DNA of 62,997 nucleotides, filler included, from Lenisia limosa (taxonomy: Eukaryota; Protista; Breviatea), in the NCBI GenBank assembly GCA_001655205.1. It is 15 parts of 15 records of this genome, joined end to end, with 100 filler letters (N's around TTAATTAATTAA, not from the genome) between each part and the next. Parts side by side here need not be neighbours in the genome. Positions count along the whole stretch, not along the records: positions 9,241 to 18,636 come from LPNZ01010195.1; positions 18,737 to 21,332 come from LPNZ01009290.1; positions 21,433 to 26,508 come from LPNZ01004298.1; 12 more parts are not named here. One strand, written 5' to 3'. Shown one piece after another: positions 11,500-24,500 of the stretch; the first letter of the stretch is position 1; the number at the start of each line of letters is the position of its first letter. A program made the translations under genes and the position numbers. The notes below the pieces were generated by a model, which did not search any database, was not told the DNA's origin, and saw nothing but the letters and a program-made list of their open reading frames with translations.

Positions 11500-14449
11500 A
11501 TGGACCAAACAAGTGCGCGTTTTTCCCCCTAGTGCTTTTCTCACCTCTTTCAGGCGATGGTTTAATTCTTGGCAAGTTTATGGAGAATATTGGGTTCACT
11601 GAAGCTGATTACCCAGCTGCCCTCGCCCATCAACCTGTTCTCTCCCCAACAATTATGAATGCAAGCGGTGATCAAAGGAACTTCGTCTCTTTGGGCTTTA
11701 CACCCCTTGCTGCCAATGTTCTTTATTTGTTCTTGACTGGTCAAATGCATTGCTTTAGACCAGCAGCAATGTACCAACAACCAGCCCCAGTTCCTGTTGG
11801 TTTCCTTCTTTTGAATGCTGTCATCACATCATAGATCTATTATCAGCAACAACCTATTATGGTCAGTCCCAAACCTGCTCGTACGTCTTCTCCTCGCCAG
11901 GTATGGCCTATTCCGTTTAGATGACCTTTCAGTCCCCCTCTAAGCCAATGAACCCAAAAGCGGCGCCCTTCACCCCCTCCAAAAGGCACGCTGGGTGATG
12001 GGATGCTGCAGAAGCGACTGACTGGGCTTTGTTTGTTTTGNNNNNNNNNNNNNNNNNNNNNNNNNNNNNNNNNNNNNNNNNNNNNNNNNNNNNNNNNNNN
12101 NNNNNNNNNNNNNNNNNNNNNNNNNNNNNNNNNNNNNNNNTTTTTGTTTCATAAAATTCCATTTATACTCTCCAAAAGGTTGGCATTCTTACCGGCATTC
12201 ACATTTTAGAACCACTCCGTCCCCTTCGCCATCCCCACACTCCCCTTCAATGGAAAACTATGTAAGTTGGTCTTAGTGCTATGGACATTTGTCGTACTAT
12301 GATGCTCATCCTTGAAGGAGCGGCTCTATTCAGGCTCACCAATTATCATGAACGGGCCTGCCTACAGTCCGCATGGCCACCATCTCATGAACCGCATACC
12401 TCTTTCTCCCGTTCCTATCCAAGTAAGGCATGTCCATTGCTAACTCTTCAGCCCATCATGCACATTCCCACTTCTCCTATCCCCGTCCCTTTGTACAGTC
12501 CCCATCACCAGGTGAGAGATTGTGTATTCCAATCTTACATCCAAGGCTCCCCCAATGCAATCCCAGACCATGGTAGAGGAATTAGGCCAAGAAACTGAGA
12601 CACTTCCAAAAGAGAAATCTGCCATGGAGGAATCTTGTGAAAAGGCACTGAGTATGAGGTTTCCCCCCTGAATTGTTTTAGAGTCTTATTTATTTATTTT
12701 TCTGAGCGTGTATGTGTCTCCGATTGAAGTACCCCCTTCATTTTTCAGATGATGAAGAGGTACCAGCTCAGATTGACTCCGTGGATGATGATGACAGTAG
12801 GGAGGTATAGTATCGTGTTATCATACCTGCTATATTGATCGGGTGACTGACTTTACAGATTGAATCTGTTCTTCTTTTCTTTCTGACGATTCTTTTTAGA
12901 TGCTCCTCGTAATCCTCTAATTTGTGATCTGATCTCTCTGGCTATTGAACTTGACGCGATTAACTTTGCAAGGAATCGGAAGAAGTGGGGGGGGGGGATA
13001 AATAATGTGTTTTTGACTGAGATTTGCTCACACATCAGGGAGATCGCGTTTGACTACCCGGAAGAATGGCCAAAGTCATTTACTTCTGCTGTGAACGCCT
13101 TGTATTTCCAGAGCGAAATGCCTTCCTTTATTGGTAGGGGTAGGGGTAGAGCTTAGGGAGGAGAGGAGCAGGAGGGGATCCGAGAATAGACCCGTTCTTT
13201 TACAGATCAGATATCTTGAAAACCCGACCCACTTCATTCCTCGCGTCAGTAACTGCCAACCCTCGGATAGACAACCATTGTGACAGTGGACTCACCTCTG
13301 TAGGCATCCCTGTGTTCTGTTTACCCTTTCTTTTAGATTCTTCGTCTCCTTATTCTTGTTCCCCTACTTGTTGCTCACATTGAAGTCATTTGGATTTATT
13401 CGCAATTCTGTGAAGGGTTTGTTCTCATTGAAAACATCAACCGCTCACTCTTCCAGTTCTATTGAATTCCCCTTTACCATGTCTTTGTAAGTGGATGTGC
13501 ACCTCTTCTCCAATTGTCTCTTTTCATTGTTTAGTGTCCGTGCAATGCGTGCACTCTATGCCCCTGGATCCTCTTGGAAAATAGACAGCAGTGCGTTTAG
13601 AGACAGTGTGCCTGAGTCGCTGACTGCTCCTCGTGAGACCCTTGATTGGATTCTTAAGAACCTTCGTGAGGAGTCCTCCAAATGTAAGCCTTCTGCTGTG
13701 ATTAGAGGAATTTGGGTGTTGGCTTTTTGGGATTTTCTTTTTACTATTTCCTTTGACACCTTTAGTTGACAAGGACTACAACCAGTGTTTTGTTGACCTC
13801 CATCTTTCAGTAGGGAGTTTTTTTATCTTTAGTTTTTCTTACGTTCAGATAAGTGGCGACGTTGTTTCCGCGGAGAGCCCGAAGACATTAATGGTTTGTC
13901 TGCAAATATTACTATAATTTCTCAGAACTTTGTCCCTGCTCACAATCCTTCAACCGCCACACTCGTGGAGCCTGATACAACCTACCCCCTCATGAACACC
14001 CCAACATGCAACCGGTTCAGGGGAGGTTTGTTCAAATGCCGCCAGCCTTGATTATCTAGTTATTTGTGTAAATGAGTCCAATACGTTCTATTTGGCAACC
14101 CAGGCCATGTCGCTGGAGCCAAGAGGAACCCCAGTTCTCTTTTTGGAGGCCGACTCCTCCACCCTCTTGAAAGACCGGTGAGCTTGAGGATTATTGACAC
14201 CAAACTATTTGCTTCTTTTTTACCCTTTAGTCTGCGGTTTAGTAACATCAGACGATCATCTGCTGAGCTGGCTGAAGCCTACTCTATCAACCCGAAGGTC
14301 AGAGGCTTTTCATTGCTGTTTCTCAGTCTTGAACCGCGTTTACACTTCAGGATATCGAAGATATTTGGGAAAAGAAAAACGTTGTAAACACAGTCAAAGT
14401 AGGTCAGTGGATTTCAAGTAACAGGCCAGAATGTCGCCAGCAACAATAG
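11500..14449 (+). CDS. Multi-exon hypothetical protein (P/S-rich N-terminus, globular C-terminus)
   Basis: More than 15 GT-AG bounded exons, e.g. APRNPLICDLISLAIELDAINFARNRKK, EIAFDYPEEWPKSFTSAVNALYF and VRAMRALYAPGSSWKIDSSAF. No family recognised, and some phases are uncertain. Confidence 0.55.
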
Positions 14450-14596
14450 TCGCCGCAAGCCTCGGAATAAAAGAAATAACTAATTGGGAATACAATCTAT
14501 CAGTCCATTTTTCAGAGGTAAATAATAAATCCTATCAGAAGTATTGGAGAGGAGGCTGATACCACGATATTACAAAAGAAAACAAGGACTTTAACT

Positions 14597-16697
14597 TTAA
14601 TGTTGGCTCCATTCAATTGAAGCAAGGTCGATTCCCTGAATTGTCAGATTCCACCCAAAACTAGATCCAGCACAACGCCCGCCTACTTCCTTGACCATTT
14701 CGTAGAGAGGAGAAAGTTCACGCAGTCTTTCCACCTGGAAGTGAGAAGAAGCAGGCAATAGAAACCATTTAATGCCATCCAAGCATCACCCACATGGAAC
14801 ACCAGGGCGTCAGCAAGAGCATCAACCTCGCTCTCAGTAGTGAAGCGGCCAATGCCAATACGGAGCGAGGTGTGGGCAAGGTCCTCTCCAACACCCAATG
14901 CACGAAGAACGTAAGAAGGCTCCAAGGAGGCTGATCGAGTCATTTTCTCCTCATAGCTCAAACCAACCTGAAGTGCACGCTGATCCTGAAGAGAGAGCGA
15001 AATCCTTCAAGGCCATCAAAAGAGACTAAAAAGAGTTACAACTTCACCACGTTGGACTTGACTACCTCTCCTTCAACATAGGCAAAAGAAAGATTAAGGT
15101 TTCCAGGGTAGCGGTGCTCCTTGTCACCGTTAAGATACACATCTGGAATACGCTCCATAATTCGGTTGTACATACGATCGGAAAGACTATAACAATGTCA
15201 GAGCCAGTATGCCATTCTCCAAACCTTTTGATGTGATCATAATCCTTTTCATAGTCAACTTGACACAATCTGCAGGCTTCACCAAGCCCGACAACAAGGA
15301 ACGGAGCCAGAGTACCACTTCTCATTCCTCGTTCCTGACCACCACCACTGATAAGGGGCTCAAGACGAACACGAGGCCGTCTGCGAACGTAGAGGGCTCC
15401 CACACCCTTGGGACCATAGATTTTATGCCCTGGGAATTAGATGTGACTCGGGTTTCAATAAAGATGCTCTGTAGCTATCCACATCAAAACCAACCAGAAA
15501 TACTCATCAGATCGATGTTCATGTCATTGACGTCCATTGGAATCTTGCCGACACCTATGGAGTAAATCTAATTGACCATGCCCCTACCCTGAGCTGCATC
15601 TGTGTGAAAGAAGGTCTTCTTTTCCTTGCACATAGCTCCAATATCCTTGATTGGCTATAATGTTAGTTGAACCTTGCTTCTGTATAGTCGTACTTGAATA
15701 ACCCCAATTTCGTTGTTGACAGTCATGATTGACACAAGAGCTGTTTCAGGCCGAATAGCTGGACAGTTTAGTTTTTTCAGTCCAAGCACTGGGGGNNNNN
15801 NNNNNNNNNNNNNNNNNNNNNNNNNNNNNNNNNNNNNNNNNNNNNNNNNNNNNNNNNNNNNNNNNNNNNNNNNNNNNNNNNNNNNNNNNNNNNNNNNNNN
15901 NNGACAGGAAGGTAGGTCACATCAAAGCCTTCCAGTTGGAGCTTACGACAGCTGTCCAAGACACACTTATGTTCCTGAGGAGTGAGACATTCATGATAAA
16001 CAAACAGTTGCGGTTGTGATGATGTGGTTCTTCTTTTTTTGGTAAAAGTGGGCTACACCCTTGATCGCCATGTTGTTGGATTCGGTGGCACCAGAAGTGA
16101 AAACAATTTCTTTGGCGTCAGCACCAATCAGACTTGAAACTTGCTGTAACAAGTTAACTGTGTAAAAAAGGTGGTGGTGGTAAATGGGACTCCCCCTACC
16201 TCTCTGGCTTGTTCAACAGCTTTTTCTGCCTCCCAACCAAAAGCATGAGTTCTTGAATGAGGATTGCCATATTGATCTGGCAAGTCAAGGAAAAGGGAGA
16301 TAAATCACAAACTTGTCAGGAAAGGCATCATTTTGTCAAGAACACGAGGATCAAGAGGTGTGGTGGCTTGGAAGTCGAAGTAGGTGGGGTCTAAAAGGTA
16401 AGAACTTTGTCGTCATCAAGCACATCATCTAATCTCTATTGTTTTTAGGCAATATATCGATTTTTTGAGAAAATATAAGAGTCAACAGCCCCCACATACG
16501 GACATCGGGAAGTGACTCCGGTTTTGCAGGATTTTCATCATCAAACAGACGAGAACTGGAAACAAAAGTACGTGAAATCACCCCTAATACAGATCAGAAG
16601 AAGAAAGCCGCATTCACCAAATGCCGATTCACCTACCAGTCGAGGCAGCTTGACAAAGTCGAGATAAACCTGACAATGGTTTAATTGCGCTTAGCAT
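14597..16697 (-). CDS. NFS1: Mitochondrial cysteine desulfurase (IscS/Nfs1)
   Basis: ATG at 16697 begins a presequence-like [19 protein letters not shown]. Downstream motifs are [67 protein letters not shown] and the C-terminal IEWSQH*. Confidence 0.96.
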
Positions 16698-16905
16698 ACT
16701 GGATTTTACAAGATGAGAATGACGTTATGCAAGAAAAACCAAAAAAAAACATCTTTAAGGTGATCCCCAGATCTGCCTCCCTACCCCCCACAATTAAATT
16801 TGCGTATATAAAAAAAAACCCCTTTAAAACAAAACCATTGTAAAAACACCAGAAACAGCAGAAACAGGAAGGGACGAGAGACCTCGAGTCAGCCTGCATC
16901 CGAGC

Positions 16906-18423
16906 ATGGACATCCTTCATGACTTCATTCTCCCCACTCTGATGGTTTTCTGCCCAATAATCGGGTAGGCTTGTTTGTAATTGCATGGTGCTGGGAGCGT
17001 AATCTAATTATGAGGGCTATCAAAGGCTTATTATTGACTTTTGTACAGATACATCCCTCAATACTTCAAAATCAAACAAACACAGATTGCCGATGGCTTT
17101 AGCACCAAAGTAAGCATCTTTTATTGGCTTCACACCGTAGACTTCGTTCATATTAGCTTCACACCGTAGACTTCGTTCATATTATTGGCTTCACACCGTA
17201 GATAGACTTCGTTCATATTATTGGCTTCACACCGTAGACTTCGTTCATTCTACTTGTAGCAAATGGTCTTCGTGTAGTATTCTGGTTAGTGGTCTATCGG
17301 AACTGTTTTTGCTATTATTTTCTCACGTTTAGGATTGGAAAGAGATTCGAGGATGCGCTCCTCTACCAGTCCATCCTGATGATCATTTCTCAGGTATGAT
17401 TTCCTTTTATTTGATGTTTTTAGCTTCTTCTTCTTGATGTAATTCTCAAAGCAAACAGAGCAAGAAACTTGGTTTCTCTTGAGTCCCACATATTTGGTTG
17501 GCCTTTTCTTGTTTTGCTTATTCCCTCAGACTTTGATATGTATAAGTTCTGGAAGTGGACTGCTTTGGGTAGTTACTGTAAGAAGGGTATTGTCTCAGAT
17601 GAATTTGAGAAGAAAAGATGGACTTACCTCTTTAGTGATCTTTGTGATTTCTTTTGGATTATTTTTGGCATCCTCAACTTGGTTCTACTTTGCCAGCAGC
17701 TACTATTACGAAATTATCGGATTCCTTTGCCAAAGTTGGGGGAGTGTGGCGTATTGAGGCTTCTTTTTTGTTGTACTCATGTGATTTCAGGTATTGAAGC
17801 AACATTGGGCGTACCACAGGTATGCTGGCAATACTACAATATTCGTTGTATGTAGCACTCTATCAACAAAAGATATTGGGATATATAGCTTGGTTGGGCT
17901 TAGATAGTTTTCAAACTTGGCATTGGGGCAAAATTTCTAACGTTGAGGTAATAACCTCTTTTCTTGGAACTGACTTTTAAAGCTATTACGCAACTTCAAG
18001 AGAAGGTCAACAGCTGGCCTCTCTTCAAAGCTGATCATCACGTGGATCTTGGGAGACAGTTACAAAACTGCTTTCTTCATCATGTAAGCCTTTCTGAACA
18101 AATCTCTTGATACTCTTAATTTCATTCTTTGTCGGAGTGGAACTGTGAATCACAGCTTATTACAAATTATGATTCTTTACCTTTTTTATTATTCAATTAG
18201 AAAAGATGTTCCAAGTCAATTCTTGATGTGCGGAAGCTTCCAGGTTTGATCGTCCTTTCTTCGCTCTTATTTTCAATAGTTGTTCATTGACTTTCTTCTT
18301 GTTATCCAAATTCTTCTCTGGAGAAACAATCCTATTCTCCCAAGTAAAGTTGAAAAGCCCGTACCACAAACTCCCCAAAAGCCCAAAAGACCTAAGACTA
18401 AGAAGAAGGGCCACAAAGATTAA
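16906..18423 (+). CDS. SLC66A2: PQ-loop repeat membrane protein (SLC66A2/PQLC1-like)
   Basis: Reads GYIPQYFKIKQTQIADGFSTK|TSFILLVANGLRVVFW|IGKRFEDALLYQSILM. Second PQ loop: GIEATLGVPQ|LLRNFKRRSTAGLS..WILGDSYKT, then QFLMCGSFQ. TAA stop at 18421. Confidence 0.88.
17121..17248 (+). repeat. Four tandem 29-36 bp copies spanning a 3' splice site
   Basis: Unit (TAT)TATTGGCTTCACACCGTAG|ACTTCGTTCA, with AG ends at 17140, 17169, 17201 (plus 17205) and 17237. Confidence 0.92.
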
Positions 18424-19332
18424 TTATCTGTTGTATTATGGTAGTGTTATGATGTCTTTTGAATACCGTTACATTGTTGAATGTTCGCTTTCAGGTGTAT
18501 TTATTTCTATGTTCAATTTGCGACCATTTCCTGGTTTCCTGATAGAATGGTTGGTGATTGTGGTTGTCCAGTCCTCTCAGACAGTGGTCGCCACAACTCT
18601 TGTGCCTTTCAATGAAGAGTGGAACAATAGTATCTCNNNNNNNNNNNNNNNNNNNNNNNNNNNNNNNNNNNNNNNNNNNNTTAATTAATTAANNNNNNNN
18701 NNNNNNNNNNNNNNNNNNNNNNNNNNNNNNNNNNNNAGGGGGTTTGTTTATGGTAAATGACAGATGGGCATTGGGTTGTTTAGTTTAGCTTTCTCGACAA
18801 ATATTTATGTTAATAGTTTGTTTGTGGCACTTTTTCAAATGAAGCATTGATGAAACACAAACACATCGCTGACCATTGACCCCAGGCTTGGTCACCCCAA
18901 TGAACTTAACGACCTCCAATAGATTTCAACCCTGCTGGGGCTNNNNNNNNNNNNNNNNNNNNNNNNNNNNNNNNNNNNNNNNNNNNNNNNNNNNNNNNNN
19001 NNNNNNNNNNNNNNNNNNNNNNNNNNNNNNNNNNNNNNNNNNNNNNNNNNNNNNNNNNNNNNNNNNNNNNNNNNNNNNNTTTCGGGTTTCAAAAGAGCAA
19101 ACAGGTGACAGATTTGTGATATAAACACTGGTACTCCTTTTATAAAAAAATCATTTTTTTTTGACATATTGCGACGAGATAGACACGGGTGTTTCTTGTT
19201 GTCCGTAAGACGTAGAGGTGTCATATAATAGAAGGGGGAAAACATAAGTAATTAGAAATAAAGAGTGTTAGGTGTAGTATAGTTGTCAAAGTAACAAAAA
19301 CTGAAAGATGAGCATGTCTCACGACCATTCAG

Positions 19333-21307
19333 AGCGCCTCATGGTGCTGGATATGAATCCTCCGACCTCTTTCAAAGTTTGAGAGTCCTTTTCCGTGTCT
19401 TTAACCCTTAGATTGATATTTCACCGCTTGATAACCTTTACTACGGTTCTTTCGCGGACCAAGTTCCCAAAAAGCCTGAGCTCTTCGCTCCCAACACAGA
19501 ATACAGTAGGTTTTTTGTCTTCATGGACATTAGAAAGTTATTAACGAGTGAACTTGGTAACAATTAGTGCTTCCCCTTTTCCCCTTAACATCTTAGAAAC
19601 ACAAAATGCTGAAGACATTCTTTCCTTCTGTATGATGGGGGGGGGGGGGTGNNNNNNNNNNNNNNNNNNNNNNNNNNNNNNNNNNNNNNNNNNNNNNNNN
19701 NNNNNNNNNNNNNNNNNNNNNNNNNNNNNNNNNNNNNNNCACCGTCTGATTATCTGAAGATCTTGGCAACGAACGAGATGATGATTTCTTTGTCCTCAGA
19801 CCTCAGGTTTGTTGGTTGATTTGGTTGTTGTTTAGGGGGGTTTATCAAACGTAGTTGATAACAAAAATTATGAAGTCAATAAGCAGTTTCGATATCTGGC
19901 TTTTCTGTTGAATATTATGGTTTTAGTTACCCTTGTCATTTATTAAAGTTTGTTCTTTTTTTGACGATGTTTTTCGTTGAGGTTAAATGATCCTGCCCTT
20001 TTTTGTGTATCAAGGCGTTCCCTTTATCCGTTTGTTTCATGAGCTGCAGGAGAACGAAGTCGACCCGGTCTGCGCCATTGATTGGTCCACTCTTCTGGAG
20101 GCTGCTGCCGATGAAGTATGTGGTGCATTGCTGAGCTGCATGACGGGGGTATCTTGGCTTGTTATGGGCTTCACCCCCCCCCCCTTTTATTACCTAATTG
20201 TGATATTTTTCTCACTTGCCGATTTTTTGTTGGTGTGGCCGTTGCGTCCAGTATTAGTGTAGCATTCTTTCATTTCGAAACGATTGTGCTGCTGATTGAG
20301 AAAGAGTCGATAAATAAGCGAAGTTCTCACGCATTGCAGGCCAGCTTCATGAAGCACGATGACACGGCTCTCATGGCGGCGGCCGAGGCTGGTGATCTGA
20401 CTGACATTCTTGGAGACCTTCTAAGTGGGCGTTATGGCTATCCGATTGAATGGTTCTTGTTTCCGTTTCAACCATGTCAGTTTTCCTCTAGGCTTTTCTA
20501 AGGTTCCTTTTATTACATACATATGATACATATATATTCTGATTTCCCCTCTAACGAGTCAGACAACAACTTCGACGACTTTGACCTTGGAGCGCCTCCC
20601 GAAGAAATGGCCGCCGCTCTGGCTTACGAAGAAAAGAGTGCGCTTGGCCTTGCTTATTTTCATGTTTACCTCCATGTTTTTTTTNNNNNNNNNNNNNNNN
20701 NNNNNNNNNNNNNNNNNNNNNNNNNNNNNNNNNNNNNNNNNNNNNNNNNNNNNNNNNNNNNNNNNNNNNNNNNNNNNNNNNNNGCTGCAGCCCTGGAGGA
20801 GGAGGAAGGAGAGCCTGCGCCGCCGCCACCCCCTCCCGTCATGCCCACCGGTTGGCATGGAGGATTGTCAGATAAAGATTACTTTGTTCAAAGGGCAATC
20901 ATATATCTTGTATTCCACAATTTTCCATAATATAAGACAATACATATAATTACACATAATATACATAAGGTTGTCTTCACCCATTAATTTGCCCTATAAC
21001 TAGGGTTTCACTTCGGTTCAAAAAAGAATAAATTTCTCGATAAATTCTCGAAAATTATCAATATTGTCCTGGTTTTTTTTCGAACCGAAGTACTTACAGT
21101 TCTGTGATACGTGTATCGACCCACAAATAGACACTCTGTTTCACTGATCCTTATACTTAGCGATATATCTTTGTAGTGATTTTATGCGTCATCCGGGATC
21201 GATTTAACCCTCCAGAGTACCTGTCCACTGAGAAGGTCATTTACCCCGTCATCTGTGTTGACGGCACCAATAAGAAGATTGCCGTCCCGAGTCACGCAAC
21301 TGCCAGG
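19333..21307 (+). CDS. Multi-exon hypothetical protein, partial; last exon resembles the start of a ubiquitin-like RA/FERM fold
   Basis: GT-AG exons read ERLMVLDMNPPTSFK, GVPFIRLFHELQENEVDP, acidic/Pro-rich segments and PVICVDGTNKKIAVPSHATAR. Confidence 0.5.
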
Positions 21308-21512
21308 GTGGGAGGGGGGGGGCAACATCGAGNNNNNNNNNNNNNNNNNNNNNNNNNNNNNNNNNNNNNNNNNNNNTTAATTAATTAANNNNNNNNNNNN
21401 NNNNNNNNNNNNNNNNNNNNNNNNNNNNNNNNGGAGGGGGGGGGGGTAATGTGGCTCCAAGGTATCAGCTTATGGAGTCCTCGTCATTTCCTATCAACTG
21501 ACTTGTTCACAG

Positions 21513-24500
21513 AATCGCGTTACAAGCGTATTAATTCCTTGACCTGGGACATGTATGACCCCGATATCACCCTGGCCTCTCGACTCATGTTTGCTTCTGA
21601 CAGTTGGAGGGGGGAATAAAGAGCTAAATTCTGATTTCTTCTTATGTGTATGGATTATATCCCTAGTATGATATTTTAAATATTTTCTGCTGTTACCACA
21701 TCTTGGGTTTTCTTTCATTATCTTAGTTCAAATTGCTGCCCGTATTTGGCATACCGACTCAAGTCCTGAAACCTTGGACAAGGCCCAGTTTATCTACAGA
21801 GGTACATTTGGGCACACCAGGGTAGATTGCTCACGTGAAATCCTATGATACTGCAGCCATAATACATTTTAGTTCACTTTGTGAATAGTTGCTTGGCTGG
21901 GATGTAATTCATTCAGAGGCTTTTGGACTGTACCCGCGCAACCCTGATCTGATGCTGCACTACTGCTATTTCCTCGTTGTAGCCAAGCGTAGTAATCCAG
22001 AGGTACGCTCCACATTCTGCTGTGGTTATTGTTTTTTTTTTGTTTTTGAATGCGGTCTTTGATCCCCTTTTGTAAATAAGCGTCTATATTCACACATAGC
22101 ACAATCTCACTCAACAACTCATAACACAGGTGATTCGATTTGTGCGGCGATTCAGGTCTATTCGAAACTATCTCAGCTACGACCAAAAATTCAGCCTGTA
22201 CATGATCAAGTACCTCAGAGAACACTGGCTTGCAGCGTTCCTCGGTTTGCGGGCTGTCTAACGTAGTGATGACTGTTATTACACTATTACCATTTGAGTT
22301 TCCAAAAAAAACAAACTTCAAGCTTCTCATGATTCAGGAGATACCTCAGTTGACTTCCTGAATCGCCTAGAGGAGTGTGTCAGGTATGATTGGCTCCCAG
22401 ATTTAGAATCGACTGTGAAGCGAATAGAGTTAATATCCAGAGTTCTGACCCCCCCNNNNNNNNNNNNNNNNNNNNNNNNNNNNNNNNNNNNNNNNNNNNN
22501 NNNNNNNNNNNNNNNNNNNNNNNNNNNNNNNNNNNNNNNNNNNNNNNNNNNCGAACAATGGTGCGCATCCGAGCCTTCTGGAAGATTCTTACGGAAACTG
22601 ACGCCGATCTCAACCGCCTGCCGCATGTCAGTTTGGTCCAAATAAAAGACAGTAACATTGTCGATTTTTACTATTATTCCTGAGATTGTGTCTCTACAGA
22701 TCCTATACTTACAAACAAAAATATAAATATAGATATATTTCATTCTCCTTATGTCATGCCTGCGTCCTTCTTTTCACATCGTCCAGCTTGCACAAATCAT
22801 TGAAAAAGGCCAATTCACTGCACAAAGACTCTTCACCAATCTTGTCACCGACTTTTCAAGGTAGGAAGCACCGCTTTTCAACATCTATTTTGATCAGGGA
22901 GGGTTTCCATATGGGCTGATAATTTCCTTGGAATATCGAAATAGAAGTTCTTTTTTAACTATAAGAAATGGGCATATTTTATTTCCTCTTGAAGATGGTG
23001 AATTCATATGTTAGGTCGCCTACTGCTTTTGAGAAGTTTGCACAATGCTCATCAAATAGTGGGTGGATGATGGACTGTAAGGCCAGTATGCCCAGTACAT
23101 GCGATGGTTTGGATCTCATTTTCATATCCACCTGAGTCTATTATTATCTACATATAATACAATATTCCATATACATTCGCCATCATGTTACACCTTTAGT
23201 CCTTATGGATCCTGAAACCGCCCAAATGTGCCTAGGAATTGCTGAGCAGCTGCGTGAAGCTAGTGTAGGCCCAATTACGAAAATAGTTGCTTTTGACTCG
23301 TCGTGTATTCAATTTCTAAATGTTCGATTTTTGATAATCATAAATCTGAGATCTGTCACCCTTTTTCACTCAATTCCCGTGTAGAACGGAGGCAACCTAG
23401 ATGTCAATGTGGATGATGATACTAACAGCGTTGGCAATGATGACGGATTATTTGTGCAAAAGGCCCCTACTGTGGTAGGCACCATGCTATGCCACTTCAG
23501 TTTTGAAGTATTCATGCATCAAAATTATGAATTGCTGAAAACAAACAAAACACAGTTTCCAGACAGTGTATTTAACTCAGCAGATGACTGCAACATCAAA
23601 TATGACTGGGTCAAACACCTTCGGCTCCAGCGGCGCTTCCATGAGTTACTCGTTCTCGTCGTACCAAAGCGACGTTTTCTCCGAAGGCAGTCGCAGAGGT
23701 GCCACATCCATGTTGGCTGCAGGGAAGATGGAAGTTGACTGGAACAATCTTCTGAAGAGTTTATTTAGATGCAAGAGAGTGGTTAATACGTTATGGGGAT
23801 TTGGTCTACTGTTTCAAATAGACAAATAGAACACATATTTCACATTTTCAGAAGCAGTGGTCAGACGCAACGGTCCTCTCCTTGGACCCGCGTTCTCATC
23901 CTCGGCATTGTTTTCCTTGTCCTATGCGGCATTGCCGGCGCCTTATTGGCGTACGACCTCATCAAAACCCGCGTCAATAACACCGATACCGTCTTCTTTG
24001 TTGGAGGGTAAATCGGAGGAAGGGATGCAAACGTGGACCGCTTTTGGAAGATAACCTTACTTTTGCATTTCTTCTTGTTCTCATATAGCCAGGAATTTGA
24101 GAGCTCACAACTTCGCCGTCTTCGACTTTGGGAAATCACAGCGAGCGTTCGAGGCCTGACACTATCCACTCCTGAAATGCAAACCCTGTTTCGCAGCCAG
24201 ATTATCTACGAAAATGCCAAGGACACCATTGCAGAGTTCGAAGTGGGCTGGGAAATCTACAAGGATTATAGTAATTTATGTCAAATTATCTGGGGTGTGA
24301 ATTAGGCGCACACTGTTCTTTTGATAACCGCTTGAGAATAGCATTATCTTATTAAGAGCGTGATAGAATGTGGGGCTTTGGATATATTTCCACATTTATC
24401 TTTCAATACCCAGTAACCAATCCTATCCTCAGACACTTCATCAAAAACTGTACCATGAGTCTGTTTTGCATTCCAAAACGCCTGAACTATGGGATCTCTG

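Noticed and set aside
17121-17248. CRISPR-like array
   Set aside because: It has no unique spacers, lies in a eukaryotic intron, and is a plain tandem duplication. The same applies to 54500-54674 and 45892-46080.
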